Assembly: GCA_963705705.1 (NCBI GenBank)
Contig: CAVPKK010000007.1
Coordinates: 160,001 to 224,000 of the forward strand
From: an uncultured bacterium
Lineage (GTDB): Bacteria; Babelota; Babeliae; Babelales; JABCYS01
Direction: 5' to 3'
DNA: 64,000 nt
Numbering within the stretch: position 1 is the stretch's first letter; the number at the start of each line of letters is the position of its first letter. Below the pieces are notes generated by a model that saw only the letters and a program-made list of their open reading frames with translations, searched no databases and was not told the DNA's origin. This document shows positions 30,536-40,496 of this stretch, in pieces. The translations under genes and the position numbers were made by a program.

Positions 30536-32590
30536 ATGAGTTCTAAATTATATATATCATTACTAACTATCTTTGCAGTCGGTACCCTTTTGGCGACATC
30601 CGACACACCAAGCAGTTCATCATCTAGTTCATTGACCGCCAATATGTCGGATGCAACAGAATCTACCCGCACTAAGCGAAAAGGGATTGACGCTGCTATT
30701 TTGGATGATATCGACAATGAGGAAGAATCGTCTGTACGCCAAAAAGCTTTGCGGATGGGCAGAACGCCATCAACTTTAACCTTGCCAGAATCCCTTGACC
30801 CGACAAGCCCTTCACCGAGCCCGAACATGACTTCTTCACGCGCACCCTTAGCCGTTCCCAAAGATACGGGTAAGAAGTTCTTTCCTGCACAGTTTTATAG
30901 CAGTCCGTTCTTAAGGCCAAGCTTTGAGTATCTTGATTTTATCGATTTGAGTGTAGCCCGCAAGATATCCAAAAGTTTTACTGCTTTTAAAGACATGGCA
31001 TCAGAGGTGCTTATGCCGTCTGCTCAGCAATGGGTTGCCTTGTTTAGACAAAAGTTTGATGGTGCAAAAACGGGCAGCCAACAGAATCAGGTTTTTAGAG
31101 ACATGATCCCAATGGTTGCTCGCTGCCCAAATGCGATTGTAAAGCTGCGGGAGATTATAAATAACTATTACCAAGACGTACCCAAAAAACTTCGTCTTTG
31201 GAATTTGAATGCCAAAGGTAAATTGTTGGTAGATAAAAGAAAAAATGATGCACGCACTAATCTGTGCACTGTTGCAGAAGACATTGCAAAGATTAAAGCC
31301 GAACAGCAATCCCAAGAAAGTGGCAACAATAAAGAATTGGTTACGCTAAAGGCTAAAAAGAAACGTTTAGTTAAAAGACTCTTGCCTTGCCTTCATGCAC
31401 TAGCTCCCTATACGACAGCCAGCATTATTCTATCAGAGCTTGGCGATCAATCTGGGTTTCCGGAAAACCTTCCTCCTATGCCCCCACATAAACACCAGTT
31501 AAATGAACGTGTGCTTCAAATTCTGGCAAAAAAATTCAGTGCACGGGGCTTAGTAATATCAATTGCTGCCGGTTGTTTACCGTCAGTTCATGCAGCGCTA
31601 GCCACACAATTGGATACATTAAGTCGTTCACTCAGACCCAAGCTAGAACTTCGTTTAATGCAGCCAATTACAGAGCGACCCCGTGGATCATTATCTCCTG
31701 ACATTATGATCAGAAATGATCAGCAAGATATTTCTTATTATAACTTAAAAATCAATCAGCTACGCGAGGCCATTGACCGCAAAATTTTAATACATAAACA
31801 AATCAGTAGACGAGATCTTGAAAACGCATTGTTGCAGATCGAATCAGATCGACTTTTTTTCGTTCGTCATAGAACGGTACCGTATCTAAAACTTCTAGAG
31901 AATCCAGCCCAGGCACAAAGAGATACTATAATCAAACACGTAATGTGGTTAATGGAAACAGCGTTGGATATTACTTGCACATCCGAATTAGCTGATTGCA
32001 GATCCATTGCAAATTCGGGCTGTAGTTTTATTTGGAATACTTTTATCAATTCTCTTCCCGAAATTGAAATGATGAAATTACGGAACAGGATCGCCGATGT
32101 TGCTGCTAAAGCTGTTACCATGGCTGGAAGTTCACTACGGGCAGATGATCTAAGGCATGCTGCATGTAGCCATATATATGCCTATCGCTACAAAGAAGCG
32201 GCAGACTATTATGATCATTTACTTACTGAATTTTCCTTAGAACCTAATTTTAGGCTCGGCGTTCACTTGGATGCTGGTTTAGCGCACGCAATATTAGCAG
32301 CAGAAAGTTCTGATTTTGATAAAAATGAAATAGCCAAAAGCCATTTCAATACTGCATGGCAATACCTGATGAGTATTGACCAAAAACATGATCTGTCCAA
32401 AATGTCGGCTGCGGTATTAAAAAGCTGCTTGGCAAGCTGCGAAGATTACTCTGTCTTGGCAACGCGATTTCCACCGGCAACAGGTTTAGCCGCGCTAGTC
32501 CAAAATTTCACTGCAGAGATAAAGGTGACACTTCGAACTAAAGAATTGGAAATGGACAATCAGCGGCCGGCCGAGAGCAGCCAACATTAA
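30536..32590 (+). CDS. Secreted F-box-like/TPR-like effector paralogue 9 (subfamily C)
   Basis: ggagg RBS; FPAQFYSSPFLRPSFEYLDFIDLSVARKISKSF. Confidence 0.85.
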   Translation: MSSKLYISLLTIFAVGTLLATSDTPSSSSSSSLTANMSDATESTRTKRKGIDAAILDDIDNEEESSVRQKALRMGRTPSTLTLPESLDPTSPSPSPNMTSSRAPLAVPKDTGKKFFPAQFYSSPFLRPSFEYLDFIDLSVARKISKSFTAFKDMASEVLMPSAQQWVALFRQKFDGAKTGSQQNQVFRDMIPMVARCPNAIVKLREIINNYYQDVPKKLRLWNLNAKGKLLVDKRKNDARTNLCTVAEDIAKIKAEQQSQESGNNKELVTLKAKKKRLVKRLLPCLHALAPYTTASIILSELGDQSGFPENLPPMPPHKHQLNERVLQILAKKFSARGLVISIAAGCLPSVHAALATQLDTLSRSLRPKLELRLMQPITERPRGSLSPDIMIRNDQQDISYYNLKINQLREAIDRKILIHKQISRRDLENALLQIESDRLFFVRHRTVPYLKLLENPAQAQRDTIIKHVMWLMETALDITCTSELADCRSIANSGCSFIWNTFINSLPEIEMMKLRNRIADVAAKAVTMAGSSLRADDLRHAACSHIYAYRYKEAADYYDHLLTEFSLEPNFRLGVHLDAGLAHAILAAESSDFDKNEIAKSHFNTAWQYLMSIDQKHDLSKMSAAVLKSCLASCEDYSVLATRFPPATGLAALVQNFTAEIKVTLRTKELEMDNQRPAESSQH

Positions 32591-32617
32591 GTTAACTCTA
32601 TAAATGGAGACAAAAAC

Positions 32618-34600
32618 ATGCTTCTAAACAAACTACTCTATGCAGTTTTAACTGCTGCAATTGCTTCGACCCTTACGGCTACATCTGATTCACCAATTGA
32701 GCATGCTCAATCACCTAGATCTGAGGTAATAAATGCGGCTCCAAAAAGTAATAAGCGAGCGTGTATTGCAATTCAACACAAAGCTGAGAAAGAAGAATCA
32801 TTGACATCTGTGCCTAAAATACCGGATTGGTATTACGGCAGCTCAGTACACGAACTCACTTTTGAGTATCTTAATTATATAGACCTAACTTTGGCGCGGG
32901 GTACCTCAAAAGCTTTTAAAGCCATGGCACCACAGGTGCTCATGCCAACGGGGAAAAATTGGGTTCGTTGGTATAGAAACACGTTCAAAAATGCGAAAAC
33001 TTATCAACAAGAGCTTAAAGCATTTAAAAGCATTCTGTCGGCTACGGGACGACGCCCTAATCCGATTGAAAAACTAAAAGAGATTACGCGCAATTATTAT
33101 CAAGATGTTCCCGCAGCATTACGATTCTGGAATTTTGATACTGAAACAAGGCACCCTCATGCCGCACCTGACATATTCAATGACAAACCTCAAATAATTC
33201 AATTTAAGGATGAGTTGCGCACGACATTGGGCAGAATAATGGACCACATAGCAAAGCTTGAAGTAGCGCAGGCTGAAGCTCGGCGACCAATGGAACAGCA
33301 TGATCAACCAGCAGTTGTAGCAAAAGATCTTGCAGCATTGAAAGAGCGGCAACAACAAATTCTTGCCCCTTTGAAGGAGCAACAACAAAAGATCGTTGAT
33401 CTCTTAATCCCCAGCCTTTATGCACTTGCGCCATATGCCACTGCCAACACTATACTAGCCGAGTTCGGCGAATCTGATGTGCTACCAGATCACTTACCTA
33501 TAGTATGTACACGTAGTGAATCTTTAGACCAACGACCATTATTACGCCTTGCAAAAAAGATTGCTCCTACAAGAGGCTATGTCACGACACAGTCACTAGG
33601 TTATATACCATTGGTTCATACAATATTAGCTGCGCAACCGGATCGAACATCGCGCATGTTAAAGGCAAGGCTAGAAGATAGTTTAATGAAAATAGCTTCT
33701 CCAACACCATTTGATCCAAAAATATCTCCTGACATTTTAATAATGAATGATCAACAAGATATTTATTATTACCGCATCAAAATTAATCAGCTAAAACAGG
33801 CAATAAAGAACCTTATTTTTAAGGACAGGGAAGCTTCTCGCGCTGATCTTGAACAGGCACTATGGAATCATGAAAATTTCCTCAATGAGCATGTACTTGC
33901 ACGAATAGAGGATTATCTCATTCTTTTAGAAAATCCAGCGCAACTACAAAAGGATGCCATTACTAAACATGTTTTGTGGTTAATTGAAACTGTATTGAGT
34001 TGTGCTCGCGCATCTGAATTACATGATTGCAGAATCATTGCATTCACGGCTTATAATCACTGGAGCAAATTCATTAACTCAATTAATCAGCATGAAAGAA
34101 AGAAAATTATTAATAACGTAGCTTATTTTGCCCTCAGGGTGGTTATTCTTGCCGCTGACACATTGACATCACATGATCTCAGAGCAGCCGTTTTCCCTTT
34201 TATGGCCATTTCATCATACTATCAGGCCGCTATATATAGCGATCAACTACTCAATGAATTTAGGAACGATGCTAATCTTATTGATTATTTCCGTGATAGC
34301 TTTATTCAAATATCTTTAACGTCAGCGTATTTGCGATCTCATAAACACGAAGCTGCCAATTGTCATTATTCTAAAGCAATGGAGCGTCTAGACCGAGTTC
34401 AACAATTAGTAAGTGAAGCACCAATTGAACAACTAAAACAAAATTTCCCGATCATTCAAGGCGATTGTAGGACTCTTTCTCATATTACGACGGCAAAAAA
34501 TCAACAGATAGCCGAATTATTGACCAAGGCGGACCAACTCACGGTAGCTATGAGTGCACGAATTAATGAATTGGAAGCATCGGCTAATCCTCAACCATAA
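32618..34600 (+). CDS. Secreted F-box-like/TPR-like effector paralogue 10 (subfamily D)
   Basis: IPDWYYGSSVHELTFEYLNYIDLTLARGTSKAF; ends ELEASANPQP. Confidence 0.85.
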   Translation: MLLNKLLYAVLTAAIASTLTATSDSPIEHAQSPRSEVINAAPKSNKRACIAIQHKAEKEESLTSVPKIPDWYYGSSVHELTFEYLNYIDLTLARGTSKAFKAMAPQVLMPTGKNWVRWYRNTFKNAKTYQQELKAFKSILSATGRRPNPIEKLKEITRNYYQDVPAALRFWNFDTETRHPHAAPDIFNDKPQIIQFKDELRTTLGRIMDHIAKLEVAQAEARRPMEQHDQPAVVAKDLAALKERQQQILAPLKEQQQKIVDLLIPSLYALAPYATANTILAEFGESDVLPDHLPIVCTRSESLDQRPLLRLAKKIAPTRGYVTTQSLGYIPLVHTILAAQPDRTSRMLKARLEDSLMKIASPTPFDPKISPDILIMNDQQDIYYYRIKINQLKQAIKNLIFKDREASRADLEQALWNHENFLNEHVLARIEDYLILLENPAQLQKDAITKHVLWLIETVLSCARASELHDCRIIAFTAYNHWSKFINSINQHERKKIINNVAYFALRVVILAADTLTSHDLRAAVFPFMAISSYYQAAIYSDQLLNEFRNDANLIDYFRDSFIQISLTSAYLRSHKHEAANCHYSKAMERLDRVQQLVSEAPIEQLKQNFPIIQGDCRTLSHITTAKNQQIAELLTKADQLTVAMSARINELEASANPQP

Positions 34601-34649
34601 TAAGTGCCATAAAGAAATTGTGCAGCGGCTAAAAAACAGAAGGCTACAT

Positions 34650-36728
34650 ATGAATTTTAAAAAATTATATATCTCACTACTAACTGCACTTGCAGTCGGT
34701 TCCCTTTTGGCGACATCAGACTCACCAAACAGTTCATCATCAAGTTCATTGACTGCCAATATGTCAGATGCAACGGAATCTAATCGCACTAAGCGAAAAG
34801 GGATTGATGCCGCTATTCTGGATGACATGGCTAATGAGGAAGAATCGTTCGGACGCCAAAAAACTTTGCGGCTGGGCACAACGCCATCAACATTGGCCTT
34901 GCCAATGTCCTTTAGCCCTAACCCAATAAGCCCAAATATATCTTCTTTACCCTCACCGTCATCCCTCACGGTTGCACCTAAAAATAAAGCTACATCCTTC
35001 CCTGTCCAGTTTTATAGCAGTTCACATTTAGTAGATAGCTTTGAATATCTTGATTACAGAGATTTAAAGGCAGCACGGGCTGTATCGAAAAATTTCACGT
35101 TCTTTAAAGATGCCGCGCAACAGGCACTCATGCCCAGTGGCAAACAATGGGTTTCTTGGTTTAATCAAAAATTTAATACAGCAAAAACAGTGCCTCAACA
35201 ACTTCGGGTTTTATCGGATGCCACGGCAGCCATAGTCCGCAGTCCAAATCCAGTAATTAAACTGCGAGAAATTGTACAAAATTATTACAGCGATGTGCCT
35301 CAAAAATTACGTCTTTGGAACGTGGGAATTAGGGGGAAATTTCTGCCGATAAAACAACCAGCGATGCTACGCGAAGAGTTGGAAATCGTTGCACTTGGCA
35401 TAGCGGCACTTAAAGAGCATGAACAAACAGAAGAAACTAAGCAAGAGCTGGAAAATTTGAAGGCACGACACCAAGAGATCGTGAGCGCTTTGATTCCTTA
35501 TCTCCATGCCCTTACGCCATATTCTGCCGCAAACATAATACTATCAGAGCTTGCCTATGATCCAAATCTTCCATCGATCATACCAGAGTATTTACCGTTG
35601 CTGCCTCAAAATAAAAGCACCTTGGAAGGCAGCGCTGTGGAAATTCTTCTAAAGAAATTCATCCCAAGAGGATTGATGGCATTAAAAACAACCCAATTAT
35701 TGCCATCGATCTATGCAACACTCGTTACACAACCTGGTCTAGTTAACCGAGCAACAAGACCATGCCTTGAAAGACGCTTGCTCAAATCTATTAATTATCG
35801 CTCATTTGATCGTTCGGTACCTATCGAAACATTGATTTCAAATGATCAAACCGACATTGAATATTACAATCTAAAAATCGGTTTGCTTAGAAAAACGCTG
35901 CGTAATATCATTTTTCAAGATAAAAAAACAAGTAGAATGGGACTTGAAAAAGCCCTTAACAGAATGAGAACTGATCATCTCATATTTCTTTGCAAGCGAA
36001 TCGCTGACTATCTAAAATTTTTGGAACAACCTAATCTTCGGTACAGGGATACAGTAATTCAACACACATTTTACTTAATGACAACAAGTGCAAGCAACCC
36101 ATCAGAATTAATTGAATGCAGAACAATCGTCGAATCATCATACAATAATAATTGGCATGCATTTTTAATGTCAAATATCGATTATAAAAAAATCACAATG
36201 CTGCTTCAACTGGCGCGTTGCGCTAACAGGGCCGCGCTTCTTGCTGGCAGCACATTGACACAAGCTGATCTGAGATACGCAATCCATTATAATTTGGCTG
36301 TACCACAGCAATTTGGTATGGAATATGTATCCGCAGAACAGAGTGATCAGTTGATTACAGAATTTGGCGATGGGGCATCGGCATACGATTATTTGGTTGC
36401 TAGCTATGCCCAAGCCGCTGTAGCTTCAAAAACCCCCAATGCAGAAATTGCCCAGCGCCATCTTAATGCTGCAACGCAATATATGGTGTCTGCTCAGCAG
36501 ATGGCACCGACTGTAAGCTATACAAACACCCTGTGGCCCATAAAGGGCTTGGAACGATATTTGGAAGATATCGAAAGATTAAACAACCTCTATGGCAACC
36601 TGCCACGTGCTTGCGTGCAGTTGGCCGCGCATAGTCATGAAATCACAAAAAATCTTACAAGCAAAGTTCGCGAAAAAATTCGACAGCTAAAGCAAGAAGC
36701 AGCGGCAGCTCAAATAGTGCATCCATAA
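34650..36728 (+). CDS. Secreted F-box-like/TPR-like effector paralogue 11 (subfamily C)
   Basis: MNFKKLYISLL start; FPVQFYSSSHLVDSFEYLDYRDLKAARAVSKNF. Confidence 0.85.
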   Translation: MNFKKLYISLLTALAVGSLLATSDSPNSSSSSSLTANMSDATESNRTKRKGIDAAILDDMANEEESFGRQKTLRLGTTPSTLALPMSFSPNPISPNISSLPSPSSLTVAPKNKATSFPVQFYSSSHLVDSFEYLDYRDLKAARAVSKNFTFFKDAAQQALMPSGKQWVSWFNQKFNTAKTVPQQLRVLSDATAAIVRSPNPVIKLREIVQNYYSDVPQKLRLWNVGIRGKFLPIKQPAMLREELEIVALGIAALKEHEQTEETKQELENLKARHQEIVSALIPYLHALTPYSAANIILSELAYDPNLPSIIPEYLPLLPQNKSTLEGSAVEILLKKFIPRGLMALKTTQLLPSIYATLVTQPGLVNRATRPCLERRLLKSINYRSFDRSVPIETLISNDQTDIEYYNLKIGLLRKTLRNIIFQDKKTSRMGLEKALNRMRTDHLIFLCKRIADYLKFLEQPNLRYRDTVIQHTFYLMTTSASNPSELIECRTIVESSYNNNWHAFLMSNIDYKKITMLLQLARCANRAALLAGSTLTQADLRYAIHYNLAVPQQFGMEYVSAEQSDQLITEFGDGASAYDYLVASYAQAAVASKTPNAEIAQRHLNAATQYMVSAQQMAPTVSYTNTLWPIKGLERYLEDIERLNNLYGNLPRACVQLAAHSHEITKNLTSKVREKIRQLKQEAAAAQIVHP

Positions 36729-36740
36729 ATGGAGAAAAAC

Positions 36741-38726
36741 ATGATTTTTAACAAACGAGATATCACATTTATAGCGGTTTTGACAATCACAACGCATCTT
36801 ATGGGAACTTCTAGTTCTTCATCATTAACGTCACCGACACAAGATGACGTGATAGCGAGTAAGCGGCAAAGAGTGAGTTTAGCCCTTGCGACTCAACAGG
36901 AAAGGCAAGCATGCTTCATGATCAGTCCACGCGTAGCCAAAAATATGGCATCGATCCCAGACTGGTTTTGCGGCAGCCCAATGCATGCTCTGGTCTTTGA
37001 AGATCTCAATTATGCAGATTTGAGTGGGGTACGGCGTACCTCAAAAGCTTTTAAGGCAATGGCAAAGCAGGTAATTATGCCCACAGGTCAGAGATGGGTC
37101 TCGTGGTTTTTAAATAAGTTTAAAGATAATTCTAACCAGAAAAAGCGCATGCAGGCATTTGCAGATATTGTATCAGCAATCGGTCGCAGCCCCAATGCGC
37201 TGGTAAAACTTCGCGAGATTGTAAGAAATTATTATAGAGATGTTCCCGCAACAATGCGCTTTTGGAATTTTGATGAACATAAAAAGAGCTCTGCTTGGCG
37301 AGCAGATCTCGGGAAGTTTAATGCCTATGGACAACAGACTATTGTATACAAAGATAATCTATTCACTGAGTTAAAACATATTGAAGAAGGCATAAAAAAG
37401 CTTGAGACAGAGCACAAGCAAGCCCGAAAAGCGGTAATCGATCAAGCACAAGCAACTGCTGAAAAAGATCTTGCAGAGTTGAAAGAACGACAGAAAAAAA
37501 TTCTGGCTCCATTAAAAGAGCGCAAGCATCAACTTATTCATCTTTTACTGCCAAGCCTTCAGGCACTTGCTCCGTATGCTGTAGCTCATCGTATATTGTC
37601 TGCACTCGGCGAGGATGAAGCAAATTTACTGCCCACGACATTACCGCTAGTAATCAACTTAGACTATAGAGACTTATCGCCGCTGGCATACAAACGTAGT
37701 CCTGCCCATGAATATGAACTTATTGATCAACTCACCTATATTTGCATTCCATCAGTTCACGACTCTTTGGCAATACAAACTGATTCAATTTCGCGCTCAT
37801 CCAAAGCTCTGGTTGAAGACGGGTTAATAAAAAGGATTGTACCAAGAACATTTGATGCATCTCTTGATCCAGAATATCTGATCAAAACTGATCATTTTGA
37901 CGTTCGTTCGTATAATACAAAAATTAACCTACTCCGACTTGCAGCAAACAACATGTGCTTGACTGGCAAACAAACTTCTCAAATTGGTTTTCAAGAAGCT
38001 TTATATGATACCGAAACTGATAGAAATCAATTTATTTTTGCGCGAATTTCAGATTATCTTGCGGATGAAAGGCTATTAAAGCAAAAAAGTATAACTGCTC
38101 ATATATTATGGTTGATGGAGAATGTTATAAAACATGCTCGCTCAACGGAATTACAAGATTGCAGAACCATTGCTATAGCCTGCGATGGATCCTGGAAAAA
38201 GTTTCTTAATGGTTTCAACGACCAACCTCAACGTATTGCTCATATTCTAAGGGGCGCGGCTCAAGCGTCTGAACAAGCAGTCAATCGCGCCGCTGACATA
38301 TTAACAATTGATGATCTTAGACGTGCAATATGGCTTCACCTGAAGAGTCACGACTATTCAAAAGCTGCAGCATATTCTGAGCACCTATTCACAGAATTTG
38401 GTACTACTGATTGTTCTGATTATATAAATGCTTGTCGCATATATTACAATTTCGCATCGCATTCAAAAGACACTGAAGCTGCCAAGCGAAACCTTGCAAA
38501 AGCAATGGAATATATAACGCGAGGTCTGCACATAGAGCTCGGAAAATCTAACCTGCGCCACTTAAAAAAATATGTACGATTACTTCGCAGACTGCATAAT
38601 GATCTTTCTGCACCTACAAACTCTTATTCTGGATCGACAGAGATTTTACCGGTGATTGATCACGCGACGGCTGCAATTAATGAAAAAATTACTGAGTTAG
38701 AAGCAGCGGCTAATCCTCAACCATAG
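36741..38726 (+). CDS. Secreted F-box-like/TPR-like effector paralogue 12 (subfamily D)
   Basis: IPDWFCGSPMHALVFEDLNYADLSGVRRTSKAF; ends ELEAAANPQP. Confidence 0.85.
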   Translation: MIFNKRDITFIAVLTITTHLMGTSSSSSLTSPTQDDVIASKRQRVSLALATQQERQACFMISPRVAKNMASIPDWFCGSPMHALVFEDLNYADLSGVRRTSKAFKAMAKQVIMPTGQRWVSWFLNKFKDNSNQKKRMQAFADIVSAIGRSPNALVKLREIVRNYYRDVPATMRFWNFDEHKKSSAWRADLGKFNAYGQQTIVYKDNLFTELKHIEEGIKKLETEHKQARKAVIDQAQATAEKDLAELKERQKKILAPLKERKHQLIHLLLPSLQALAPYAVAHRILSALGEDEANLLPTTLPLVINLDYRDLSPLAYKRSPAHEYELIDQLTYICIPSVHDSLAIQTDSISRSSKALVEDGLIKRIVPRTFDASLDPEYLIKTDHFDVRSYNTKINLLRLAANNMCLTGKQTSQIGFQEALYDTETDRNQFIFARISDYLADERLLKQKSITAHILWLMENVIKHARSTELQDCRTIAIACDGSWKKFLNGFNDQPQRIAHILRGAAQASEQAVNRAADILTIDDLRRAIWLHLKSHDYSKAAAYSEHLFTEFGTTDCSDYINACRIYYNFASHSKDTEAAKRNLAKAMEYITRGLHIELGKSNLRHLKKYVRLLRRLHNDLSAPTNSYSGSTEILPVIDHATAAINEKITELEAAANPQP

Positions 38727-38750
38727 TTCAATGAGTTAAACTTTCGCTCA

Positions 38751-38785
38751 AGCTGATATACTGGATAGCAAACGTATATCAGTTT
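38751..38785 (+). terminator. Hairpin between the array and argS (possible terminator)
   Basis: agctgatatac..gtatatcagttt inverted repeat. Confidence 0.35.
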
Positions 38786-38799
38786 GACGCGAGAAGCCA

Positions 38800-40443
38800 A
38801 TGAACCAATTAGATTTTATTAAACAATCATTCAATCAATTCCTTCAGACCCATTACCAACTTTCTGCTGAACAACTTCAGCCCATCCATCTGACGTTAAA
38901 TACTGATCCTGAAAAGCAAAAGTTTGGCGATTTAAATTCCAATGCAGCCATGGTGCTGGCAAAAATGTTGGGCAAGCCACCACGCATCATTGCACAGGAA
39001 ATTGTTGACTCTTTTAAGCATCCGCACGTCGAAAAAATAGAAATAGCCGGGCCCGGCTTTGTTAATCTATTTCTTACACGATCTACCTTTGTAGAATTGG
39101 CTTCCGCTATTAATGAGCAAGGTGGCGCATTCTTTAAGCCACATGGGTTAAAAAAAGAGAACGTATCACTTGAATTTGTAAGCGCAAACCCAACCGGGCC
39201 GCTACATATTGGCCACGGCCGCGGCGGTATCATTGGCGATGTGTTGGGCAATGTGTTGCGATTTATTGGCCACGATGTGTGCAAGGAATTCTACACTAAT
39301 GATGCCGGCACGCAGATCCAGAACCTTGGATTATCACTTAAGGCCAGGGTGCTTCAACAGTTAGGCCAAGAGGCGGCTATTCCTGAAGGCGGCTACGAAG
39401 GCGAATATATGATTGATATCGCTCAGGAGCTGATCGCCGAACAAGGCAAGGGAGTTGCCGACAAGCCAACAGAGTTCTTTTCTACCTACGCCAAAGACAA
39501 ACTTCTGTCCGAAATTAAACAAACACTTAAGGATTACGGTATCACATTCGATGTATGGTTTTCAGAAAAGAGTTTGTATGACGATGGATCTATCTCGCGC
39601 GAGATTCAGGCATTAGCAAAGGCTAACTATACATATGAAAAAGATGGCGCTGTTTGGTTCAAGTCAACCGAGTTTGGTGACGACAAAGACCGTGTATTGA
39701 AGAAGGCAAATGGCGAGTTGACGTACGTAGCATCTGACATTGCCTACATGGACAATAAAATTAAGCGCGGCGCCAATCATCTTATCATAGTGCTCGGGCA
39801 AGATCATCATAGTTATGTGGTGCGGCTCAAAGGCTTATTGAAGGCCATGGGCCATAATCCTGATATGTTGGACGTCATTTTGTATCAGCTGGTTACACTC
39901 AAAGCTAGTGGTGCCGTTATGCGAATGTCTAAACGAGCTGGGCGCATCGTATCGCTTCGTGATGTTATTGATGTGGTAGGCAAAGATGTGGCCCGATTCT
40001 TTTATTTACATCGTAAAGCAGATGCGCATCTCGACTTTGATGTTGATCTCGCGCTTAAACGGTCTGAAGAAAATCCTGTTTATTATTTACAATATGCGTA
40101 TGTGCGACTCAATGGTATTGCCGGGAAGGCACAAGAGATCCCGGGCCTTGAACCTGATCTTACCGCATATGAAATGCTCGAGCATGAACAACTACTAATT
40201 AAGAAGATTATCGATCTTCGGGAAATTCTGCTTGGCATTAACCGCACCCTGCAACCGCATTTGCTCACCTACTACGTTCTGGAACTCGCCCAAGCATTCC
40301 ATCACTATTACGCTCACAATCGCGTGGTTGATGCGGATAATTTGGCACAAAGCCGCATGCGCTTGGCTGTTATGGGTTTGCTGCGTGAAACCTTTGAGCT
40401 TGTTCTTGATTTGATTGGCATAAGCAAGCCAGAAAAAATGTAA
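38800..40443 (+). CDS. argS: Arginyl-tRNA synthetase
   Basis: SANPTGPLHIGHGRG, MSKRAG and NPVYYLQYAY motifs. Confidence 0.98.
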   Translation: MNQLDFIKQSFNQFLQTHYQLSAEQLQPIHLTLNTDPEKQKFGDLNSNAAMVLAKMLGKPPRIIAQEIVDSFKHPHVEKIEIAGPGFVNLFLTRSTFVELASAINEQGGAFFKPHGLKKENVSLEFVSANPTGPLHIGHGRGGIIGDVLGNVLRFIGHDVCKEFYTNDAGTQIQNLGLSLKARVLQQLGQEAAIPEGGYEGEYMIDIAQELIAEQGKGVADKPTEFFSTYAKDKLLSEIKQTLKDYGITFDVWFSEKSLYDDGSISREIQALAKANYTYEKDGAVWFKSTEFGDDKDRVLKKANGELTYVASDIAYMDNKIKRGANHLIIVLGQDHHSYVVRLKGLLKAMGHNPDMLDVILYQLVTLKASGAVMRMSKRAGRIVSLRDVIDVVGKDVARFFYLHRKADAHLDFDVDLALKRSEENPVYYLQYAYVRLNGIAGKAQEIPGLEPDLTAYEMLEHEQLLIKKIIDLREILLGINRTLQPHLLTYYVLELAQAFHHYYAHNRVVDADNLAQSRMRLAVMGLLRETFELVLDLIGISKPEKM

Positions 40444-40445
40444 TG

Positions 40446-40473
40446 AAAAAGGGCGGCAAATTGCCGCCCAAAA
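40446..40473. terminator. Terminator hairpin between convergent genes
   Basis: aaaaa-gggcggcaa-a-ttgccgccc-aaaa; U-tract on the minus strand. Confidence 0.7.
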
Positions 40474-40496
40474 TTTGGCTATAGGAGAGTAACCTA

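Noticed and set aside
13306..34969. Recurrent antisense ORFs (ASDMLAVNELEDDELL-like at 13306, 15606, 19983, 30508, 34517) as a small antitoxin or immunity family
   Set aside because: They are reverse-strand shadows of the conserved poly-Ser/signal cassette, with inconsistent starts and lengths
13565..38726. Array as a diversity-generating retroelement target set, CRISPR array or prophage
   Set aside because: No reverse transcriptase, template/variable repeat pair, regular repeat-spacer units, cas, integrase or phage genes are visible in the window
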